Shown: positions 51,401 to 60,543, counted from the first letter of the stretch. The stretch: 64,000 bases of DNA from a virus (IMGVR_UViG_3300029720_000461); one strand, 5' to 3'. Made by a program: numbers and translations. Notes: a model not told the origin generated them from the letters alone.

Positions 51401-53267
51401 AGTTACACTTACAGCTAGGGATTACGGAAGCGGTATAGATTATATAAGCTTTGAAAAAGATGAAAAATATGAAAAGGTTACATGTAACGCTGATGGTTCA
51501 GTAACATTTACAAGAAAAGTAAATGCATCAGGTACTTATATATTTAGTGTTAAAGATAAGAACGGAAAGGTAAGCAAAAAGACCATTACGTTTTATCAGA
51601 CAACATTAAATACAAATAAGAATAACATTGTATCATCAGACGAAAAAAATGTAATTGAATCAGATTTCACATCAGTACCGGAGACCTTGAGTACATACAT
51701 TAGCATTAATGAAGCAGGAAAGAGTATTACACCTGTAACTAAAAGAGATGGTGTTGATTTCCTTGGATGGAGTACAGACAGAAAAGGAAAGACAGGCATC
51801 ATAAGTATTAAGGCTGATGATAATAAGACCTATTACGCCGTATGGAAAGATACAAAAAAGCCTGTAGCAGTGCTTGAAAATGTGACAAGTAATTTATCAG
51901 CATCACAGACCATTACGTTTAAACTGTATGACACAGCAGAAGGAAAAACTAATACAGGCTCGGATATTGCGGGATATTATATTGGAACAAATCCTGATGC
52001 AGAAAGCAATACAAAGAAAAATGTAACGGCTGATAAAAATGGTACATACAGCGGCAGTGAAACAATTACACTTAATGGAGAAACCACATATTATATTTTC
52101 CCTTATGATAAAGCAGGAAATATAGGTGATACCATTAAGCTTAAGAGTACAGGAAATAACAATACACCTGAAATAACACCGGGTATATTGTTCCACCGTG
52201 TTGATTTTAATGCTAATGGAAGTACTGACAGCCCTGCAACAGTGAATATACCATATGCGGTTATACCACATGGAAGTACAATAACAATGCCAACAGCATA
52301 CAGGCTTGGATACCATGATTATACAGGCAGTGATGAACAGACAGCCGATAATGACGGTAAGACATCTTACTGGGGTACAGACAGTAAGGCAGTAACCGGA
52401 TTTAATACGCTTAAAGTTACTAAATCACAGACATGTTTTGCATTATGGAAAGCCAATAAATATACCATTACATTAGTAAGCAATAAGCCAGACACTAAAA
52501 ATGGTTACAGGGTAAATTCAACTTATTCACCGGAAAACGATACAAAGATAACTGTTACATTTGATGAAGTAATACCTTTCAGCAAAGCAAAGAATCCTGA
52601 AATTACAGGATGGACATTTAAAGGTTATGCTTTTAATGAATTGAGTACTTCAGATAATAATAACAGCAAAACTGTAGTAAGCACTAATCAGAAATTCGGA
52701 TTACAGTTTGTAAAAGACTGGTATAAAGATGCCGGAAAGACATTTGAGAATGTAAGTGATATAACGCTTTATGCAGCATGGAGTGAAAACAGATATACAG
52801 TAAATTACAATACGACAGGTGGTACAGCACTTAAACTTAACCGTATAACATACTGGTATGAAGATGAATTTTCACTTCCTGATGCAACAGGAGATTATTA
52901 TAATACATTTATGAAGCTTGAAGACAACAAAAAAGCAGTCACAACATACCGTCCGGCACATCATTTTGTTATGTGGAAATGTGTATCAGATGAAAACAGC
53001 AACGGTGATGTATACAGTTCAGGCGGAAAAGCTGTAAGACTTGTATCAAAGAATAATGGTGAGTGTACTTTAAATGCGGTATGGAAACAGAAACAGATAG
53101 TTACACTTAACATTACAAGTGATACATTTAAAGAAAGCATGACTAATGATTATGCAGCACTTGCAGATGCAATGTGGGCTGAAAAAGGTACTGGATATAT
53201 AAAAGACCAGACAGCCATTAAGGAATACACATTTACAAAAACAAGTGATATAAAAGAAACCAAGTAA
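45426..53267 (+). CDS. giant secreted surface protein (2613 aa) with Listeria-Bacteroides-type repeats
   Basis: Signal peptide; many repeats of the AGYTFxGW(x)T motif (YTFDGWWTTPND, GYTFTGWTITGYD, GYRFTGWYLGSE, GYIFAGWCESKD, GYVFAGWTGSNG, DFLGWSTDRKG, FKGYAFNE); internal tandem 40-aa motif PVFDPAYYLAKYPDLKSAYGD...GRQG / FEVNAYKAKYKDLKDAFGD...EGR. Confidence 0.75.
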   Translation: MKLKRTFKTLLMIIATVMSVVSGILIDSGTLAYAATTYTLTLNWDDGVEWVATDKDGIYRWEKGGSKTFQAGSKAYTYVKLKNGATVKSFFSRQENKDWTDYTYTSGSICYDTWTMYNNRNVDIYTSVSSSADVSYDWDNLVTSSKHYHSSNGNEASWSNLRDDLGRSPAPIYSIYYKLQENRYRETCYGDNQEDKDFGGYEIMLRTEDSHNSYWYGQSSYANGDRFDDWYRDEFEGIKLSNLAIVPVQIKGDKFLQINISVKNTNSYAKEISLATCSDIQVADDDNAATFFNGNGFTMTNMYCETSDNYHGGTIPAATLNVYAKDVPGYVTDADAVYIGHFVYRKEHVWLNNVLGDKATNYNKYKHGGTSGEGELDSGFSIAWKNRTIAAGQTQTYSYIIGIGKYNSDNKITFNANGGELKTPGTSINNPSGNYSNKVTVTYGTDTYSSMSNDIPERAGYTFDGWWTTPNDSNASVMVYDASGKCNNDCNYWKNNQWQGTNDLTVYAHWKANTYTVRLNTGDIPSSELTKLTETASTEGWTWNENGRYFSKAFVQNENNYLPGVNKFFSANNYESVGSKVTDKYFVQDKTKNPTKVLYNWWTSASGGTDIGRGKKIYNNLYEISKDNSGIVNLYPHWMGYTTVFNYTDNAPANTAGLTVTINNSINDGMDNCLYQVYGSCFFYKGTDGEYHDYEGTNPDLKVTASIPDSNGYKYIFNGWHHKNWNYLTDGLGKLTYKNNYNIGQGKTSYSLSPHFSRVGINYNVRLNANVPDTESTLQVLHQNGISSYIYNSTSRYFSRELTYDDSQDMLSPDVYSLKGYHLVSRSNWYTEKTGGNTVLAPCNNTEAEYPDWAENNWNLTTEDGATVDLYARWQANNYKIAYNLDGGTYGTSHPTSADYDTMVTIDNPSKAGYTFTGWTITGYDSTASGHNASAWTEETGTSYKNLTATDGATVTFTATWKKEAPKTANLQTTGDVGIKATSHSDKTVVNIGSHVQVSAVLNTGYVFKGWYNGNVKVSDDLSFVYTMPNKDTILTAKTEIKWYTMTFDPNGGILKNPGNNLYNAEWKNGNTVSVGWNINDFCYMNGDIPTRKGYRFTGWYLGSESVYNKYGIAIKNSSLYSYDTDYHWRYDGNVTVKAGWDAINYKISYKVVTGAGSIPSQTVHYGDSFTLADGNAFTYTGHTFSHWYVRRSSDKKVFCYDGNWHTTDGSDLYGSDVSNWYPYNNSGLTFEMNDSWIRSDIDADEEFVFWGFWAADEYNIIYNLNGGTLNGKTNPDTYNIETPTFTLNNPTRTGYIFAGWCESKDTSYVYNRNANEVIKKDESDSTSCFIPECYASLDYAPVFDPAYYLAKYPDLKSAYGDDANKALSHFVKYGMKEGRQGSAEFEVNAYKAKYKDLKDAFGDNLPKYYIHYILAGKSEGRTISQASISIYQGSIGNRTYTATWTPINYTINYDLNGGTVAVSNPTSYNIETPTFALNNPIRLGYVFAGWTGSNGTTPQKNVSIYKGSTGNKFYKANWTAADVGYTVNHYVMDINGNYPSTPTKTERLSGFTDTSVTAKRLSLGNGFTYPDVQTVKIKADGTTVVKYYYTRNKYTLDLNGLINGTLRGNLVDVVKNPITGAEDRHTAGTAVVTVNGTVVGNKVTDYCNEVYYGSSISIITTAESGYNIIDNSNVNFKMPAEGKTVTVTINAKDTKYLVRHWKKNVNTDSKTYNENSLNDSNYTMYDAEYLNGKAYSWVKPVVRTLEGFTYKGVLPSEGTAYVKPDGTTVIDVYYARNTYTINGGNVNANVEYGNGISSVSGLKTYEYEQKVTLTANLKTGYHWHGTDKCASSGKYPTGWYSRNNSGVDGILTDNTTYNSQTIKFNMPARNVYLGVKATNNSYTVVYNKNQPVEPKSISNVTGSTESQTFIYDESQNLRNNGFTLTGYTRKSGWMTKPSKNGNGTADFSYGQSVKNLTTVNLGTVNLYAIWEDNAPEEINISSTNNFAAAQTVTLTARDYGSGIDYISFEKDEKYEKVTCNADGSVTFTRKVNASGTYIFSVKDKNGKVSKKTITFYQTTLNTNKNNIVSSDEKNVIESDFTSVPETLSTYISINEAGKSITPVTKRDGVDFLGWSTDRKGKTGIISIKADDNKTYYAVWKDTKKPVAVLENVTSNLSASQTITFKLYDTAEGKTNTGSDIAGYYIGTNPDAESNTKKNVTADKNGTYSGSETITLNGETTYYIFPYDKAGNIGDTIKLKSTGNNNTPEITPGILFHRVDFNANGSTDSPATVNIPYAVIPHGSTITMPTAYRLGYHDYTGSDEQTADNDGKTSYWGTDSKAVTGFNTLKVTKSQTCFALWKANKYTITLVSNKPDTKNGYRVNSTYSPENDTKITVTFDEVIPFSKAKNPEITGWTFKGYAFNELSTSDNNNSKTVVSTNQKFGLQFVKDWYKDAGKTFENVSDITLYAAWSENRYTVNYNTTGGTALKLNRITYWYEDEFSLPDATGDYYNTFMKLEDNKKAVTTYRPAHHFVMWKCVSDENSNGDVYSSGGKAVRLVSKNNGECTLNAVWKQKQIVTLNITSDTFKESMTNDYAALADAMWAEKGTGYIKDQTAIKEYTFTKTSDIKETK

Positions 53268-53273
53268 CACATG

Positions 53274-53322
53274 AAAAGGACTACCGTATCAAACTGGTGC
53301 GGTGTCCTTTTTTTATAAACAG
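53274..53322 (+). terminator. rho-independent terminator
   Basis: aaggac...gtcctt hairpin + TTTTTTT right after the giant gene. Confidence 0.5.
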
Positions 53323-53328
53323 CAATGA

Positions 53329-53357
53329 TTGACATATCCTTTAATAAGGTATACAAT
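53329..53357 (+). promoter_or_regulatory. sigma70-type promoter (TTGACA-17-TACAAT)
   Basis: Spacer contains ataaggta, as in the 42776 promoter. Confidence 0.5.
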
Positions 53358-53388
53358 ATATTAAAATAAACGCATGAGGTGAATAATA

Positions 53389-53625
53389 ATGAGTATAGAG
53401 ACAACAAAAATAGTAAAATCAAATATAAACAATTGTATACCTAAAAGCACAGGAGAAAAAATAAAAGAAATAAGGAGCATTACAGGGTTATCACAGGCAA
53501 AATTTTCTAATGAGTATCATATACCATTAAAAACTCTTACACAGTGGGAACAGAACTGTGCAAAATGCCCGGACTATGTAATAGAGCTTTTAGAGTTTAA
53601 AGTAAAGTATGATTATTCAAAATAG
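53389..53625 (+). CDS. XRE-family HTH transcriptional regulator
   Basis: IKEIRSITGLSQAKFSNEYHIPLKTLTQWE HTH; PDYVIELL tail shared with the 14074 regulator. Confidence 0.6.
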   Translation: MSIETTKIVKSNINNCIPKSTGEKIKEIRSITGLSQAKFSNEYHIPLKTLTQWEQNCAKCPDYVIELLEFKVKYDYSK

Positions 53626-53636
53626 GAGATTTTAAT

Positions 53637-53810
53637 ATGGACGAATTAAATGTAAAAGTAGGAGATAAGGTACTGGTGTCAAAGGGTAGTAGGTATTATA
53701 AGAATAATGACTTTATAGCGGAAGTAGAAAAGGTAACGCCTACAGGTAGAATACGATTTACAATCGTGATGCAAGAACCAATCCTAAATATTATGAAGAA
53801 TTATTATTAG
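53637..53810 (+). CDS. hypothetical small protein (57 aa)
   Basis: AATAGGAGA RBS; below the ORF-track cutoff. Confidence 0.3.
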   Translation: MDELNVKVGDKVLVSKGSRYYKNNDFIAEVEKVTPTGRIRFTIVMQEPILNIMKNYY

Positions 53811-54064
53811 GAGCGAAGCAATTAATAAAATATCATAAAGAACTGAAAATAAAAGAAGAAAGAAAAAAGAAATTTTGTTGGATTTAACATCTATTAAGCA
53901 TTGTATAAGGCTTGAAACCTTATATGATGCTTTTTTTATACTTAAAAATATTTCTAAAATCTATAAAAAGTCCTTTTTGCAACTTTTTAGAAGCATGTGA
54001 TTGTTACAATATATATGAATTAAAAATAAAAGTAGTCATAGGCTGCTTAGAATAGGAGAAATGT

Positions 54065-55003
54065 ATGAGAGACAATCTTTTAAAATTTACAGACAGTTTC
54101 AATGATATCAAATCAGAAGTAACAGCAATTGCAGATACAGAAAACTCATATGAAGTAAGAAATGCTACAGGCAGGCTTAACAGGGCAGCTAATTATTCAC
54201 CATATGGGCTTATAAGTATGGGAAGACTGGTTAAGTTTCCACCTGATTTTGTAAAGACATTAACAGACAGTGATGAAACACTATCAGAGCTTGTTATTGA
54301 GAACAGGATTAATAATTACTGTAAGAATGGCAGAAGTTTCACTGTAAGAGAATATAACGGTAAGATTTGCGGTGCGGTTACAGATAAGTATGCGTTTTTT
54401 GATGATAAGGAAGTAATTGATATTGTAGAAAACAGCAGATTATCTGAAATGAAGTATCAGGCACAGGTAAGTCCTGAAAGACTTCATATAAGAGCAATTG
54501 ATGATGAAGAGTTTTATATTCCTAATGATAAATCACCTTTAAGATTTATGTACTATATTGATAACAGCAATGTAGGCAGGAGTTCTTTTAAGATTAACTT
54601 AGGAATTTACAGACAGGTATGTACAAACGGTATGATTGTAAGTCAGAAGGATTTTGTAATCTGTAAGCATGTTCATAAGGGGACAAAGGGATTCAGTACA
54701 GATGTTGACATGACCTTAAAGGCAATGGATGACAGAAAAGAAACCATTAAGATGCTCGTTATTAATTCAGCACTTAAGGACAGTTCAATAAGTAAAATTA
54801 AAGAAGATTACAGACTTGAATATCTTTCAAAGAAGCTTAATCTTCCAAAGAAGGAAACTGGAAAGGTAATAAAGCTTTTTAATGAAACTTATGATGGAAA
54901 GACTAAGTGGGGGCTTACAAATGCCATAACAGAGTATGCGAGAGATTTATCAGATATTGATAAGCGTGAGTATCTTGAACGTCAGGCATTTATAGTGGCT
55001 TAA
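54065..55003 (+). CDS. hypothetical protein
   Basis: 312-aa ORF with AATAGGAGAAAT RBS. Confidence 0.5.
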   Translation: MRDNLLKFTDSFNDIKSEVTAIADTENSYEVRNATGRLNRAANYSPYGLISMGRLVKFPPDFVKTLTDSDETLSELVIENRINNYCKNGRSFTVREYNGKICGAVTDKYAFFDDKEVIDIVENSRLSEMKYQAQVSPERLHIRAIDDEEFYIPNDKSPLRFMYYIDNSNVGRSSFKINLGIYRQVCTNGMIVSQKDFVICKHVHKGTKGFSTDVDMTLKAMDDRKETIKMLVINSALKDSSISKIKEDYRLEYLSKKLNLPKKETGKVIKLFNETYDGKTKWGLTNAITEYARDLSDIDKREYLERQAFIVA

Positions 55004-55042
55004 GATTTGAAAGGCGGGCAATTAGTGAAAAATAAATGTTAT

Positions 55043-55666
55043 ATGCCAGTGGTTGTATTATTACTTGCACTGGCATATCCGACAACTAGACAACCTGATA
55101 AAGTAAATTGTATGGCAGCCGATTTGGATAATTTCACATCAGCAAAAATAAATGAAGAAGAGACCGTTTATGTGGCAGGTAATGAAAATCCTGAAATAAT
55201 CGAACCGGATGAAGATACGGAAAATGAAGAGAATACATCAGATTCCTTAGAGGCAGATGTAAGCAATGAAATATCATCCATAGATATTGATGAAGAAATA
55301 TATAAAGCAGTTGTAAAGTATTCAGCTGAGTATGAAATAGATGAAAAGCTTATATTAGCAGTAATAAGAACTGAGAGTGATTTTAACCAGTATGCTTTAA
55401 GCTATGCAGACTGTAAAGGGTTAATGCAGTTAAATGATGTATTTTTTAAAGAAGAAATGGAAGAATTTGGAATAACGGATGTATATGATATAGACAGTAA
55501 TATTCATCTTGGAACTTATTATTTAAGAGATTGTATAAATAAGAGTAATGGTGATATAAAACTTGCTCTTATGATGTATAACGAAGGTTATTCCGGTGCA
55601 TTACAAAGCTTTAAGAAATCCGGCTACAGCAGCTATGTACAAAAAGTATTAAGCAATATTTTATAA
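55043..55666 (+). CDS. secreted lytic transglycosylase (SLT domain)
   Basis: Signal peptide MPVVVLLLALAYP; SLT motifs AVIRTESDFNQYALSYADCKGLMQL ... YN.GY. Confidence 0.65.
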   Translation: MPVVVLLLALAYPTTRQPDKVNCMAADLDNFTSAKINEEETVYVAGNENPEIIEPDEDTENEENTSDSLEADVSNEISSIDIDEEIYKAVVKYSAEYEIDEKLILAVIRTESDFNQYALSYADCKGLMQLNDVFFKEEMEEFGITDVYDIDSNIHLGTYYLRDCINKSNGDIKLALMMYNEGYSGALQSFKKSGYSSYVQKVLSNIL

Positions 55667-55796
55667 AGGGGAAAACATGTTAAAAGAAAAAATATTAAAG
55701 GATATGCTTCCGGTGGCAGTAAGTGCAATTATTACTTCTGTATTAATGACAGTATATGCTTTATGCGTGAATATTTTATAAAGGATGGAAAGATAA

Positions 55797-55991
55797 ATGA
55801 AAATGGATATAACAAACGGACTTAATAATTGTAAGGTATATGCATATCTTCATGGAAGAAAAAAACTTGTATATACAAACAGTATGGAAAATTGTGAAAA
55901 ATATTGTGAAGAACGAAACTATGAATTTATGGACAATGACGGTAATTTATGGCAGTTACAGATTGATGACAGCGAGCTTTATGAGGAGTAA
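55797..55991 (+). CDS. hypothetical small protein
   Basis: 64-aa ORF. Confidence 0.4.
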   Translation: MKMDITNGLNNCKVYAYLHGRKKLVYTNSMENCEKYCEERNYEFMDNDGNLWQLQIDDSELYEE

Positions 55992-55993
55992 AA

Positions 55994-56497
55994 ATGAAAG
56001 AGACAAGCATATATGATATTTATGAACAGACAGCACAGAAAATTAAATATAAGTCACGTTTAACAGAAACCATATCATCTGTAATGGCATTAATTAATAC
56101 GGTAGCATTTAGCCTGATTCTTTATTTTGGAATACATAGAAAAAGCACTGTAATAATATTATGCATATTAACAGGATTTGCAGCAGTATTTTTTCTGTAT
56201 GATTTGTATTTGACAAAAGCATCAGATAATAAAACAATAAGCAGGCTGTTTTATTCAAAGCCTAAATTAAGAAGTGCCAAGATAGTAAGTTTTACGGATG
56301 ACAAGAAAATAAGAACGGTGATTATTAATGACGGCATTAATGATAATGATTACCCTGTTTATTTAAAAATTACTGATGCAGTTAAGATAAAAGAAATGAA
56401 GCCGGGAGATAAGGTAGAAGTTTTATCATATCAGGAGTATTTTGGAAGCACATCAAAAACCCGAAAGGTACTTGTAATAAACGGTACTGTATTATAG
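55994..56497 (+). CDS. hypothetical membrane protein (2 TM)
   Basis: TM segments VMALINTVAFSLILYFGI and VIILCILTGFAAVFFLY. Confidence 0.45.
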   Translation: MKETSIYDIYEQTAQKIKYKSRLTETISSVMALINTVAFSLILYFGIHRKSTVIILCILTGFAAVFFLYDLYLTKASDNKTISRLFYSKPKLRSAKIVSFTDDKKIRTVIINDGINDNDYPVYLKITDAVKIKEMKPGDKVEVLSYQEYFGSTSKTRKVLVINGTVL

Positions 56498-56505
56498 GAG
56501 AAATT

Positions 56506-56895
56506 ATGAAAAGTAATGTAAAATATTCAGATATACTTGCAATGTCTATGGAAAGCCTTTATGAATGGTACAGTGAAGACTTTATTATGGAAATCCCTGA
56601 TATAAAGGATTTAACTACTCAGGCAGACCTTATAAGCCATATGCTTACGCATTTTGCCAACAGCTTTGTGTATTTTGATTGTATGGCAAGTATGTTTGAA
56701 AGTGTGGTAAGGCAAAATAAATATGTAAAAGCAGAAACAGATACAAAAAAGAATGATGTGAAGCTTCTTATAAATAAAAGAGATGCACTCATACATTTTG
56801 CAGACCAGATGAAATTCTGTTATAACGCACTCAGCAGGCAGTGTACAGTAAAGATTGAAAGTAATAAAGAACTTAATATGTTAAACAAAGCGTGA
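56506..56895 (+). CDS. hypothetical protein
   Basis: 129-aa ORF. Confidence 0.45.
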   Translation: MKSNVKYSDILAMSMESLYEWYSEDFIMEIPDIKDLTTQADLISHMLTHFANSFVYFDCMASMFESVVRQNKYVKAETDTKKNDVKLLINKRDALIHFADQMKFCYNALSRQCTVKIESNKELNMLNKA

Positions 56896-56943
56896 TTAAA
56901 ATATTTTAAAATTATGTAAGAAAAAATAATATAAAAAGTGATA

Positions 56944-56978
56944 AAAAGGACTTTATATAACAAGTCCTTTTTTTATTT
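56944..56978 (+). terminator. rho-independent terminator
   Basis: aaggact...agtcctt hairpin + TTTTTTTAT. Confidence 0.55.
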
Positions 56979-57042
56979 ATTCTAAAATTAAACTGTAACG
57001 ATAAATGAATTTATTAAATAAGTTTAGTTAAGGAATAAAATT

Positions 57043-58821
57043 ATGCCAGATATAAAAACATTAATTCAGAATATAAAAATAAAAAATAATTTATCAAGAA
57101 ATGACTTGGCAAAAATACTTGGAGTTTCATCTGCTACAGTAAAAAGGTGGGAATATGGCACAATGCCATCATTTGATAATATAAAAAAGTTACAGAATAT
57201 GTCAGACAGTTGTAACAGCAGACATATTAAAGCCCCAAAAGCATATGCAGCTGATATTAAAAATGCGTATGGAGTAAAGCCAGCCGACAGTGTAGATTCA
57301 GCTTCCAAGGCAGTATTAAGTGAAAAAATAACAGCAGATACACTTAATGATGAACAGTCAGATATTTTTAAAGAACTTGTAAATGGGAAAAATATATTTC
57401 TTACCGGTAATGCAGGAACAGGCAAAAGTTATCTGGTAAAGGCATTTAGTGATTACTGTGATGAAAAGGAGATTAATCTTGTAAAAACAGCTCCAACCGG
57501 AATTGCTGCAAATGAGATAGGCGGTGCAACACTTCATTCACAGTTTAAACTTGATTTAGGCATACTGATAAATAAGCCCAGATGGAAAAGTATATATGAT
57601 TTTCTACTGGATACAGATGTACTTCTTATTGATGAGATAAGCATGGTACGTCTGGATACATTTGATTATCTTGCACAGATACTTATGCTTGCAGATAAAA
57701 AAAGACATGAAGACGGTAAGAAGGATATACAGCTTGTTTTTGTAGGAGACTTTTATCAGTTAGCACCGGTAATAAATAAAAAAGCAGAAGAGGATAAGAT
57801 TCTTGAGCAGCATTATGGCTGTGATATAGGTGACGGCTACGCTTTCCAGAGTAAATACTGGAAGATATTTAACATTAAATTAAGATGCCTGTTACAGATT
57901 ATGAGGCAGGATGATAAGGATTTCTGTAATGCACTTGATAAATGTAAAACAGGTGATAATACATGTATACGGTATTTTTCAGAAAATACATCAAGAGAAG
58001 AAAATGAAGGTATATGGGTATGTGGAAAGAATGATACAGCACGAAAGAAAAATGAAGACGAACTGGAAAAAATTAACAATGAACTTTTAGTATCTGAAGC
58101 TGAATACAGTGGAGATGTAACAAAGGCTGACGGACTTGTAGAAGATAAGTTTATATACAAGATTGGTGCAAGAGTAGTAATAACTGCTAATGACAGTGCA
58201 GGCGAGTATAATAACGGTTCACTTGGCACGATTACAGGCACTAATGGCATAGGCAGTGGATTATTTACCAGTGTCATTACCGTTAAGCTTGACAATGGAC
58301 ATACAGTAATGATTGAAAAGAAAGAATCAGACAAGTATAAGTATGAAGCTGTTGAAGAAGAAAAAGAGATTGAAGTAAAAAATAAAGATGGAACTGTAAC
58401 AAAGAAAAATGTAACTGAAATAAAGCTAAAAAAGAAAAAGACCGGAAGTGCAATGCAGTTTCCATTAAAGCTTGGATATGCAGTAACGATACATAAGTCG
58501 CAGGGTCAGACGTATGATGCTATGAATTTAAAGCCTGAGATATTTGCAAATGGACAATTATATGTAGCTTTAAGCAGATGTAAAAGTGTAAATGGTATAT
58601 ATGTAGAAGGATATTTAAGTAAACGTATGGTAATGGCTTCTATGGAAGTTGTTAAATATTACAGCAGCCCTGAAAGCTATAATTTCTTTGATAAGGGTGA
58701 AGAAATGACTGAAATTGTTATACCGCTTAAATATAAGGAAAAAATAGAACAGCTTATTAAAGAATGGAACGAAAAAGATAATGCAAACACCGCTATTAAA
58801 CCATTATGGAAGTTTTCATAA
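57043..58821 (+). CDS. HTH-domain + PIF1/RecD-like SF1B helicase
   Basis: N-terminal HTH LSRNDLAKILGVSSATVKRWE; Walker A LTGNAGTGKSY; Walker B LLIDEISMV; C-terminal YAVTIHKSQGQTYD. Confidence 0.75.
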   Translation: MPDIKTLIQNIKIKNNLSRNDLAKILGVSSATVKRWEYGTMPSFDNIKKLQNMSDSCNSRHIKAPKAYAADIKNAYGVKPADSVDSASKAVLSEKITADTLNDEQSDIFKELVNGKNIFLTGNAGTGKSYLVKAFSDYCDEKEINLVKTAPTGIAANEIGGATLHSQFKLDLGILINKPRWKSIYDFLLDTDVLLIDEISMVRLDTFDYLAQILMLADKKRHEDGKKDIQLVFVGDFYQLAPVINKKAEEDKILEQHYGCDIGDGYAFQSKYWKIFNIKLRCLLQIMRQDDKDFCNALDKCKTGDNTCIRYFSENTSREENEGIWVCGKNDTARKKNEDELEKINNELLVSEAEYSGDVTKADGLVEDKFIYKIGARVVITANDSAGEYNNGSLGTITGTNGIGSGLFTSVITVKLDNGHTVMIEKKESDKYKYEAVEEEKEIEVKNKDGTVTKKNVTEIKLKKKKTGSAMQFPLKLGYAVTIHKSQGQTYDAMNLKPEIFANGQLYVALSRCKSVNGIYVEGYLSKRMVMASMEVVKYYSSPESYNFFDKGEEMTEIVIPLKYKEKIEQLIKEWNEKDNANTAIKPLWKFS

Positions 58822-59008
58822 AATTACATATAAAAAATATTTTTTCTTCTTTTTACATAAAAAGGATTTTTTATAATAAATCTGATTTTAAAAAAATATA
58901 AAATGTAATCAGAAAAAAGAAAGGAAGCTTGTATGATAATAAGACAGAAGGAAAAACTCTATAACACAGGCTGGATAATCTAATTTATAAATATAGGAGA
59001 AAAAGATA

Positions 59009-59641
59009 ATGAGAAAAATCAAAAGAATAATTTCAGCTGTAATATTAACAGTAGGTATTTTATCGCTTACCGGATGTGAATTTATGAATAGTAAGGTACA
59101 GAGTATGAAAGGAAGTATATCAGGTAATGAATATATAGCATCCTTTTATTCAAACGATGGAGAGAAGTTTATGACAATGCATGGAGAACGCATTGATTTA
59201 AGTCCTAACACTGTAAGGGAATATGACTATGTTGACGGCGGATATAATAAGGTGCTTTCTTCAGTTGTAACAATAACTATTGACGGTAAGGAAGTTGAAA
59301 ACTGTGGTAGTACAGCAATCTTTGCAGAAGAAGGATTAAAGCCGGATGTAGACTTTACTATGAATAATATAAAGAACATCAACAGTAGTTCAGATGGCAG
59401 TGTAGGGAAAAGTACATTTGTCGCCGGTATTGTAAACAAGTATAAGAATATGTTTGGTAAATCAAGAGTTGTAGTAATCCAGTCACAGCTTGGAGACCCT
59501 ATATGTGCTTATTCAGGCGACAGCGTTTTCTATGAAGTATGTGAAGACCTTCCTAAGACAACCAAGTTATCAGTAGATGGCAAGGCATTGTACATTCATA
59601 GAGCTAATTTTCAGATTATAGATACATCACTGCTTAACTAA
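59009..59641 (+). CDS. lipoprotein
   Basis: Lipobox ILSLTGCE. Confidence 0.55.
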   Translation: MRKIKRIISAVILTVGILSLTGCEFMNSKVQSMKGSISGNEYIASFYSNDGEKFMTMHGERIDLSPNTVREYDYVDGGYNKVLSSVVTITIDGKEVENCGSTAIFAEEGLKPDVDFTMNNIKNINSSSDGSVGKSTFVAGIVNKYKNMFGKSRVVVIQSQLGDPICAYSGDSVFYEVCEDLPKTTKLSVDGKALYIHRANFQIIDTSLLN

Positions 59642-59658
59642 GAAAGGAGAAAATAAGC

Positions 59659-60081
59659 ATGAGTACAGAATTATACACTGTAATTATTCTAATAATGTTT
59701 TTTGGAGCAATGTTTCTAACTATGATTTTTTCAATACATTTTGAAGATGTATTAATATATTTAATGTCCGGTTTGATTTCTAGTGTTATTGCATTTATAG
59801 CAGTTATACCGGTAATGTCTTTTGATGAGTTTTCTCATACATCATCAACATCACAAATTTCAGTACAGGAAATAAATAAAATAAGTCCAAAGGATAACTC
59901 TGACACATTATTTAATGTCACATATACGGATACAGAAAATATTGACAGAAGGATAACTGTTAAAGAAATAGTTTACGATTCAGATACTACATATATTGAA
60001 AAGGCAAGAAAAACATTTCTATTTCTTTATGAAGATAGCTATGTGTTACATGAGCCACAGGAATTTATAAATAATAATTAA
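59659..60081 (+). CDS. small membrane protein, paralog family member 1
   Basis: 2 N-terminal TM helices; C-terminal conserved block ...RITVKEIVYDSDTTYIEKARKTFLFLYEDSYVLHE. Confidence 0.5.
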   Translation: MSTELYTVIILIMFFGAMFLTMIFSIHFEDVLIYLMSGLISSVIAFIAVIPVMSFDEFSHTSSTSQISVQEINKISPKDNSDTLFNVTYTDTENIDRRITVKEIVYDSDTTYIEKARKTFLFLYEDSYVLHEPQEFINNN

Positions 60082-60093
60082 AGGAGATATATT

Positions 60094-60543
60094 ATGGAAA
60101 CAATAATATTTTTATGTGCATTTTTAGCATGTATTTCAGCGGTACTTTTCGTAACCGGAATCATAATGCTAAAGAATGATTGTAGCTTTTATAAAAAAGA
60201 AATGCAGGAAACAGATAAAGATATTTTAAAGAAGGAAATAAAATTTGATTTTATTTTACTAGGTATAGGTCTGGTATCTTTTGTAATATTCCTGTCGGGC
60301 TATTTAATTCCTACAAGACACTATAAAAATATAATTAAGCCAGCTATAAAGGCTGAATATGGAAATGTATATGAGTATAAGTACAGTACCATGCTTAATG
60401 AAGGAAGCTTCTTATACAATAATGAAAAATACAGCATAGAGATTATTAAGGATATTGATAATAATAAATATATCAAGATAACAAAGACTGATGATAATAA
60501 TGATAGTGATGAAAGTTTGAATTTGCCATTAAAGAATAAGTAG
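60094..60543 (+). CDS. hypothetical membrane protein
   Basis: 2 TM helices. Confidence 0.45.
   Translation: METIIFLCAFLACISAVLFVTGIIMLKNDCSFYKKEMQETDKDILKKEIKFDFILLGIGLVSFVIFLSGYLIPTRHYKNIIKPAIKAEYGNVYEYKYSTMLNEGSFLYNNEKYSIEIIKDIDNNKYIKITKTDDNNDSDESLNLPLKNK

Noticed and set aside
45559-53270. Numerous 60-160-aa ORFs on both strands inside the giant gene
   Set aside because: Frame shadows of the 2613-aa ORF, Cys/His/Leu-rich as expected from antisense or off-frame reading.
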